From NCBI GenBank assembly GCA_009914755.4, contig CP086569.2:51200001-51264000 (forward strand): a stretch of DNA of 64,000 nucleotides. The letters run 5' to 3'. The notes beneath the pieces are model-generated. The model did not search any database, was not told where the DNA came from, and saw nothing but the letters and a program-made list of their open reading frames with translations. Of this stretch, positions 57,060 through 64,000 are shown piece after piece; within the stretch, counting starts at the first letter, position 1; every line of letters begins with the position of its first letter. The position numbers and the translations under genes were made by a program. Source of the DNA: the human T2T-CHM13v2.0 reference genome, Homo sapiens.

Positions 57060-60000
57060 ATTAAATGGAAATGAATCAAATTGAATAGCACGGAATTGAA
57101 TTGAATGAAATGGAATGCAATGGAATCTAATGAAACGGAAAGGAAAGGAATGGAATGGAATGGAATGGGCTGGAATGGAAAGGAATCGAAACGAATGGAA
57201 TGGAATCGAACTGAAGAGACTGGAATGGAATGCACTGGAATGGAAGGAAGTGTAATGGAAGGTTCTCGAAAAAAATGGAATCGAATGGAATGGAATTGAA
57301 TGGAACGGAATAGAGTCGAATGAAATTGAATGGAATGGAATGGACTAGAGTGAAATGGAATCGAACCACAAGGAATGGACAGGAATAGAATGGTCTCGAA
57401 TTGAATGGAATCGTATGGAATGGCATCAAACGGAATGGAATGGACAGCCACGGAATGGAATGCACTCGAATGCAATGGAGTCGAAACTAATGGACTGGAA
57501 TAGAATGGACTCGACTGGTACGGACTCCAATGGAATGGAATCGAATGGAAGGGAATTGAACGGAATGGACTCGAAGGGAAAAGACTGCAATGGAAAGGTC
57601 TCGAATGGAATGGAAATTAATGGAATGGAATGGAATCGAATGAAATGGAGTCAAAAGGAATGGAATCGAATGGCAAGAAATCGAATGTAATGGAATCGCA
57701 AGGAATTGATGTGAACGGAACGGAATGGAATGGAATCCAAAGGAATGGAATAGAATGGAATGGAATCGAATGGAAAGGACTCGAATGGAAATCACTCGAA
57801 TAGAATGCAATTTAATAAAATAGGATCAAATGGAATGGAATGGAATGGAAAGGAATCGAAACGAAAGGAATGGAGACAGATGGAATGGAATGGAACAGAG
57901 AGCAATGCTATAGAATGGAATGGAATCATCTGGAATGGAATTGAATGGAATGGAATAATGTGAAATGGAATGGAATGGAATGGAATGGAATGCCCTTGAA
58001 TTAAATGGACTGGAATGGAATGGACTCGAACAGAGTGGAATGGAAAGTGTTGAGATAGAATGGAATGGACTCCTTTGGAATGGTCTAGTATGCAATGCAA
58101 TCGACTGGTAGGGAATCAAAAGGAATGAAATCGAATGGATTGGACTGGAATGCAATGGACTCGAATAGATTGGAAACGGAATGCAAAGGAATGGAATGGA
58201 ATAGTATGGAATGGAATGGAAAGGAATGGAGTGGAATAGACTAGAGTGGAATGGAATGGACTGGAAAGCAATGGACTGGAATGGAACTTTCTTGAATGGA
58301 CTGGAATCAAACGGAATGGAATGCAATGCAATCAAATGGCATGGAATAAAATAGAATGAAAGAGAATCAAATGGAATTGAATCGAATGGAATCGAATGGA
58401 TTGGAAAGGAATAGAATGGAATGGAATGGAATTGACTCAAATGGAATGGACTAGAATGGAATGGATTCGAATGGAAGGCAAAGGAATGGAATCTATTGGA
58501 ATGGACTGTAATGGAATGGAATGGAAGGGATTGGAATGGACTCGAATGGAATGGACTGCAATAGAAAGGATTCCAATGGAATGAAAAAGAATTGAATGGA
58601 ATAGAACAGAATGGAATCAAATCGAATGAAATGGAATGGAATAGAAAGGAATGGAATGAAATGGAATGGAAAGGATTCGAATGGAATGCAATCGAATGGA
58701 ATGGAATCGAACGGAATGGAATAAAATGGAAGAAAACTGGCAAGAAATGGAATCGAAATGAATGGAGTGTTATGGAACGGACTCAAAAGGAATTGAATGT
58801 AATAGAATGGAGTGGAGTGGACTCGAATATAATGGACTGGAATGGAATGAAATCACATGGAATGGGAACGAATGGAATGGAATGGAAAGGAATGGAATCG
58901 AATGGAAAGGAATCGAATGGAAGGGAATGAAATTGAATCAACAGGAATGGAAGGGAATAGAATAGACGGTAATGGAATGGACTCGAATAGAATGGACACG
59001 AATGCTCAAATTGAATGGACTCGAATGGAATGGAAACGAAAGGAATGTCATCGAATGGAATTGAATGGATTGGAATGAAATCGCATAGAATGGAGTGGAA
59101 TCAAATGGAATTGAATCGAAAGGAAAGGAAGCGAATGGACTGAAATGAAATGGAATGGAATTGAATGGAAAGTAATGCAATGGAATAGAATGGAACGAAA
59201 TTTCACGGAATGGAATCAAACTGAATGGAATCAAATCAATGGAATCTAATCAAATGGAATGGAAAGGAATTGAATGGAGTAGATTGGATTGAATGGGATT
59301 GGAATGAAATGTACTGGAAAGGACTCGAATTTCATGAAACGGAATGGAATGAATTGGAACGGAATGGACTCGAATGGAATGGAATGTCATGGAATGGCAT
59401 CAAATGGAATGGCATCAAATGGAATGGAATCGAATGCAATGGAATGTTATGGAATGGAATGGAATGCATTGGAATGGAATGTCCTCTAATGGAATGGATT
59501 CGAGTGGAATGGAATCGAATATAATGGAGTCGAATGAAATGGAATTGAAAGGAATGGGATCGAATAGAATGGAATATACTGGAATGTAATGTAATGAACT
59601 CGAATGTAATTGACTGGAATGGAATGTACATGAATGGAAGGTAATCGAATGGAAAGTAATCCAATGGAATAGAATCTAATGCAATAAAACCGACTCAGAT
59701 AGAGTAGAATGTAATGGAATGGAGTGCAGTGCAATGGAATGGAATGGAATTGAATGCAATGGAATGGAATGGAATGGAATGGAATGGAATGGGATGGAAT
59801 GGTATGGAATGGATAGAAATGGACTGGAGTGAAATGGACTGGAAAGGAATGGACTCAAATTGAAAGGGCTCGAAAGGAATGGAGTCAAATGGAATGGTCT
59901 GGAATGGAATGAACACGAATGTAATGCAATCCAATAGAATGGAATCGAATGGCATGGAATATAAAGAAATGGATACGAAGAGAATGGAAACAAATGGAAT

Positions 60001-60613
60001 GGAATTGAATGGAATGGAATTGAATGGAATGGGAACGAATGGAGTGAAATTGTATGCAGTAGAAGGGAATAGAATGGAATGCAAGCGAAAGGAAAGGAAT
60101 GGATTGGAATGGAATGGAATTCATTGGAATGGAAGGGAATTTAGTGTAATGGACAGGCCTGGAATAAAGTGGAATGCTACGGTCTCGAATGGAATAAAAA
60201 TGTATGGAATGGAATGCAATGAAACGGAATCGAATGTCATAGAATGTAATGGAATGCAACAAAATGGAATCCAAAATCATTGACTGGAAAGGCTGGGTGT
60301 CGAAAGGAATTGACTCCAATGGAATGGAATCGAATGGAATGGAAGTGAATAGAATCGAACTAAATCGAATGGAATGGAATTGATAGGAACGGAATGGAAA
60401 GGAATGCAATGATTTGGCATGGAATGGAATCGAATGGCATCGAATGGAATGGAATGGAATGCAATGGAATGGAATGTATTAGAATGTAATGAACTTTAAT
60501 GGAATGTACTCGAATGGATTCGACTGGAATGGAATGTTCTGGAAGTGAATGGACTCCAATGGAATGGATTCCAAAGGAATGGAATCGTACGGAATGGAAT
60601 CTAATGGAATGGA
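57060..60613 (+). repeat. HOR unit 17 (3554 bp), family A. Carries the same private variants as unit 2.
   Basis: Anchors at 57060 and 60614. 'MKWNAMES' at 57105 and 'KEWTGIEW' at 57355-57690. Confidence 0.9.
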
Positions 60614-63600
60614 ATTAAATGGAAATGAATCAAATTGAATAGCACGGAATTGAATTGAATGGAATGGAATACAATGGAATCTAATGAAACGGAAAGGAAA
60701 GGAATGGAATGGAATGGAATGGGCTGGAATGGAAGGGAGTGTAATGGAAGGTTCTCGAAAAAAATGGAATCGAATGGAATGGAATTGAATGGAACGGAAT
60801 AGAGTCGAATGGAATTGAATGGAATGGAATGGACTAGAGTGAAATGGAATCGAACCACAAGGAATGGAGAGGAATAGAATGGTCTCGAATTGAATGGAAT
60901 CATATGGAATGGCATCAAACGGAATGGAATGGACAGCCACGGAATGGAATGCACTCGAATGCAATGGAGTCGAAACTAATGGACTGGAATAGAATGGACT
61001 CGACTGGTACGGACTCCAATGGAATGGAATCGAATGGAAGGGAATCGAACGGAATGGACTCGAAGGGAAAAGACTGCAATGGAAAGGTCTCGAATGGAAT
61101 GGAAATTAATGGAATGGAATGGAATCGAATGAAATGGAGTCAAAAGGAATGGAATCGAATGGCAAGAAATCGAATGTAATGGAATCGCAAGGAATTGATG
61201 TGAACGGAACGGAATGGAATGGAATCCAAAGGAATGGAATAGAATGGAATGGAATCGAATGGAAAGGACTCGAATGGAAATCACTCGAATAGAATGCAAT
61301 GTAATAAAATAGGATCAAATATAATGGAATGGAATGGAAAGGAATCGAAACGAAAGGAATGGAGACAGATGGAATGGAATAGAACAGAGAGCAATGGTAT
61401 AGAATGGAATGGAATCATCTGGAATGGAATTGAATGGAATGGAATAATATGAAATGGAATGGAATGGAATGGAATGGAATGCCCTTGAATTAAATGGACT
61501 GGAATGGAATGGACTCGAACAGAGTGGAATGGAAAGTGTTGAGATAGAATGGAATGGACTCCTTTGGAATGGTGTAGTATGCAATGCAATCGACTGGCAG
61601 GGAATCAAAAGGAATGTAATCGAATGGATTGGACTGGAATGCAATGGACTCGAATAGATTGCAAACAGAATGCAAAGGAATGGAATGGAATAGTATGGAA
61701 TGGAATGGAAAGGAATGGAGTGGAATAGACTAGAGTGGAATGGAATGGACTGGAAAGCAATGGACTGGAATGGAACTTTCTTGAATAGACTGGAATCAAA
61801 CGGAATGGAATGCAATGCAATCAATCGGCATGGAATAAAATAGAATGAAAGAGAATCAAATGGAATTGAATCGAATGGAATCGAATGGATTGGAAAGGAA
61901 TAGAATGGAATGGAATGGAATGGACTCAAATGGAATGGACTAGAATGGAATGGATTCGAATGGAAGGCAAAGGAATGGAATCTATTGGAATGGACTGTAA
62001 TGGAATGGAATGGAAGGGATTGGAATGGACTCGAATGGAATGGACTGCAATAGAAAGGATTCGAATGGAATGAAAAAGAATTGAATGGAATAGAACAGAA
62101 TGGAATCAAATCGAATGAAATGGAATGGAATAGAAAGGAATGGAATGAAATGGAATGGAAAGGATTCGAATGGAATACAATCGAATGGAATGGAATCGAA
62201 CGGAATGGAATAAAATGGAAGAAAACTGGCAAGAAATGGAATCGAAATGAATGGAGTGTTATGGAACGGACTCAAAAGGAATTGAATGTAATAGAATGGA
62301 GTGGAGTGGACTCGAATATAATGGACTGGAATGGAATGAAATCACATGGAATGGGAACGAATGGAATGGAATGGAAAGGAATGGAATCGAATGGAAAGGA
62401 ATCGAATGGAAGGGAATGAAATTGAATCAACAGGAATGGAAGGGAATAGAATAGACGGTAATGGAATGGACTCGAATAGAATGGACACGAATGCTCAAAT
62501 TGAATGGACTCGAATGGAATGGAAACGAAAGGAATGTCATCGAATGGAATTGAATCGATTGGAATGAAATCGCATAGAATGGAGTGGAATCAAATGGAAT
62601 TGAATCGAAAGGAAAGGAAGCGAATGGACTGAAATGAAATGGAATGGAATTGAATGGAAAGTAATGCAATGGAATAGAATGGAACGAAATTTCACGGAAC
62701 GGAATCAAACTGAATGGAATCAAATCAATGGAATCCACTCAAATGGAATGGAAAGGAATTGAATGGAGTAGATTGGATTGGATGGGATTGGAATGAAATG
62801 TACTGGAAAGGACTCGAATTTCATGAAACGGAATGGAATGAATTGGAACGGAATGGACTCGAATGGAATGGAATGTCATGGAATGGCATCAAATGGTATG
62901 GCATCAAATGGAATGGAATCGAATGCAATGGAATGCTATGGAATGGAATGGAATGCATTGGAATGGAATGTCCTCTAATGGAATGGATTCGAGTGGAATG
63001 GAATCGAATATAATGGAGTCGAATGAAATGGAATTGAAAGGAATGGGATCGAATACAATGGAATATACTGGAATGTAATGTAATGAACTCGAATGTAATT
63101 GACTGGAATGGAATGTACATGAATGGAATGTAATCGAATGGAAAGTAATCCAATGGAATAGAATCTAATGCAATAAAATCGACTCAGATAGAGTAGAATG
63201 TAATGGAATGGAGTGCAGTGCAATGGAATGGAATGGAATGGAATGCAATGGAATGGAATGGAATGGAATGGAATGGAATGGAATGGAATGGGATGGGATG
63301 GAATGGTATGGAATGGATAGTAATGGACTGGAGTGAAATGGACTGGAAAGGAATGGACTCAAATTGAAAGGGCTCGAAAGGAATGGAGTCAAATGGAATG
63401 GTCTGGAATGGAATGAACACGAATGTAATGCAATCCAATAGAATGGAATCGAATGGCATGGAATATAAAGAAATGGAATCGGAGAGAATGGAAACAAATG
63501 GAATGGAATTGAATGGAATGGAATTGAATGGAATGGGAACGAATGGAGTGAAATTGTATGCAGTAGAAGGGAATAGAATGGAATGCAAGCGAAAGGAAAG

Positions 63601-64000
63601 GAATGGATTGGAATGGAATGGAATTCATTGGAATGGAAGGGAATGTAGTGTAATGGACAGGCCTGGAATAAAGTGGAATGCTACGGTCTCGAATGGAATA
63701 AAAATGTATGGAATGGAATGCAATGAAATGGAATCGAATGTCATAGAATGTAATGGAATGCAAAAAATGGAATCCAAAATCATTGACTGGAAAGGCTGGG
63801 TGTCGAAAGGAATTGACTCCAATGGAATGGAATCGAATGGAATGGAAGTGAATAGAATCGAACTAAATCGAATGGAATGGAATTGATAGGAACGGAATGG
63901 AAAGGAATGCAATGATTTGGCATGGAATGGAATCGAATGGCATCGAATGGAATGGAATGGAATGCAATGGAATGGAATGTATTAGAATGTAATGAACTTT
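60614..64000 (+). repeat. HOR unit 18 (partial; the window ends ~170 bp before the next expected anchor), family B. Contains a 65-bp internal deletion at 60732/60733.
   Basis: Anchor at 60614. Comparison with the homologous stretch in units 2-17 shows the loss of aaaggaatcgaaacg...gcactggaatgg. Confidence 0.85.

Larger units (their letters stand above)
1..64000 (+). repeat. Continuous tandem array of HSat3-class (GGAAT)n-derived satellite organised as a ~3.56-kb higher-order repeat (DYZ1-like, human Yq12 heterochromatin). 17 full units plus 1 partial, all in the same orientation.
   Basis: Seen directly: the + strand is almost entirely degenerate GGAAT pentamers (aatgg/aatcg/aatgc/aatag variants). 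A 33-bp anchor, attaaatggaaatgaatcaaattgaatagcacgg, recurs 18 times at 3,529-3,579-bp spacing. The six-frame ORFs repeat with the same period. No segment is free of pentamer-derived sequence. Period and restriction-site content match the published description of DYZ1 (established knowledge, not checked against a database). Confidence 0.95.

Noticed and set aside
1-64000. About 600 six-frame ORFs (60-318 aa) on both strands, many mutually overlapping
   Set aside because: All are translations of the pentamer satellite: MEWNGMEWN on the + strand and IPFHSIPFH on the - strand. They have extreme low complexity, overlap in several frames on both strands, and their length tracks the chance absence of TAA/TAG/TGA in a GGAAT lattice. 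This is tandem satellite DNA, i.e. eukaryotic heterochromatin, so no CDS call is warranted.
1-64000. CRISPR array, or a prokaryotic-style defence or mobile-element island
   Set aside because: The periodicity is 5 bp and ~3.57 kb, not 28-37-bp repeats with unique spacers. There is no unique spacer-like sequence, no flanking cas-like ORFs, no terminal inverted repeats and no target-site duplications. The sequence is a primate-type satellite.
1-64000. Alpha-satellite or centromeric identity
   Set aside because: There is no ~171-bp periodicity. The monomer is 5 bp and AT/GA-rich, which is HSat3-like.
1-64000. Heat-shock-element-like nGAAn repeats (HSF1 binding)
   Set aside because: GGAAT tandem repeats give head-to-tail nGAAn units, not the alternating inverted nGAAn/nTTCn arrangement of a canonical HSE. 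HSF1 is known to accumulate on HSat3 arrays (9q12 nuclear stress bodies). However, nothing in this sequence alone supports a promoter or a transcript boundary, so no regulatory feature is called.

Overview
The whole 64-kb window is one uninterrupted, single-orientation tandem satellite array. It contains no genes and no accessory or defence system, so despite the prompt there is no novel biological system here.

The monomer is the degenerate pentamer GGAAT on the + strand (ATTCC on the - strand), i.e. human satellite III (HSat3) class. The pentamers are organised into a higher-order repeat (HOR) of 3,529-3,579 bp. There are 17 complete HOR units plus one partial unit, all head-to-tail. Nothing interrupts the array: no Alu/L1 insertions and no inversions.

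The ~3.56-kb period, together with a single GGCC (HaeIII) site and a single GAATTC (EcoRI) site per unit, fits the classical Y-chromosome Yq12 DYZ1 repeat. I cannot confirm that locus assignment without a database search.

Every ORF in the supplied six-frame track is a low-complexity translation artefact of the pentamer. The + strand reads MEWNGMEWN-like (from ATGGAATGG) and the - strand reads IPFHSIPFH-like (from ATTCCATTCC). None should be annotated as CDS.

The interesting structure is internal to the array:
1. HOR unit lengths are quantised in 5-bp steps. Every unit length is congruent to 4 mod 5. Pure (AATGG)n tracts act as slippage hotspots.
2. A three-unit, 10.72-kb block is tandemly duplicated at near identity (~11.4-22.1 kb versus ~22.1-32.8 kb).
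3. There is a two-unit A/B alternation in several stretches, giving ~7.1-7.2-kb periodicity.
4. The last ~10.5 kb of the window carries the same private variants as the first ~10.5 kb. The offset is ~53.5 kb (15 units), which hints at a still larger super-repeat.
5. There are discrete deletions between short direct repeats: 65 bp in unit 18 and 15 bp in unit 16.
6. Unit 1 is a mosaic of variants otherwise private to other units, consistent with gene conversion.
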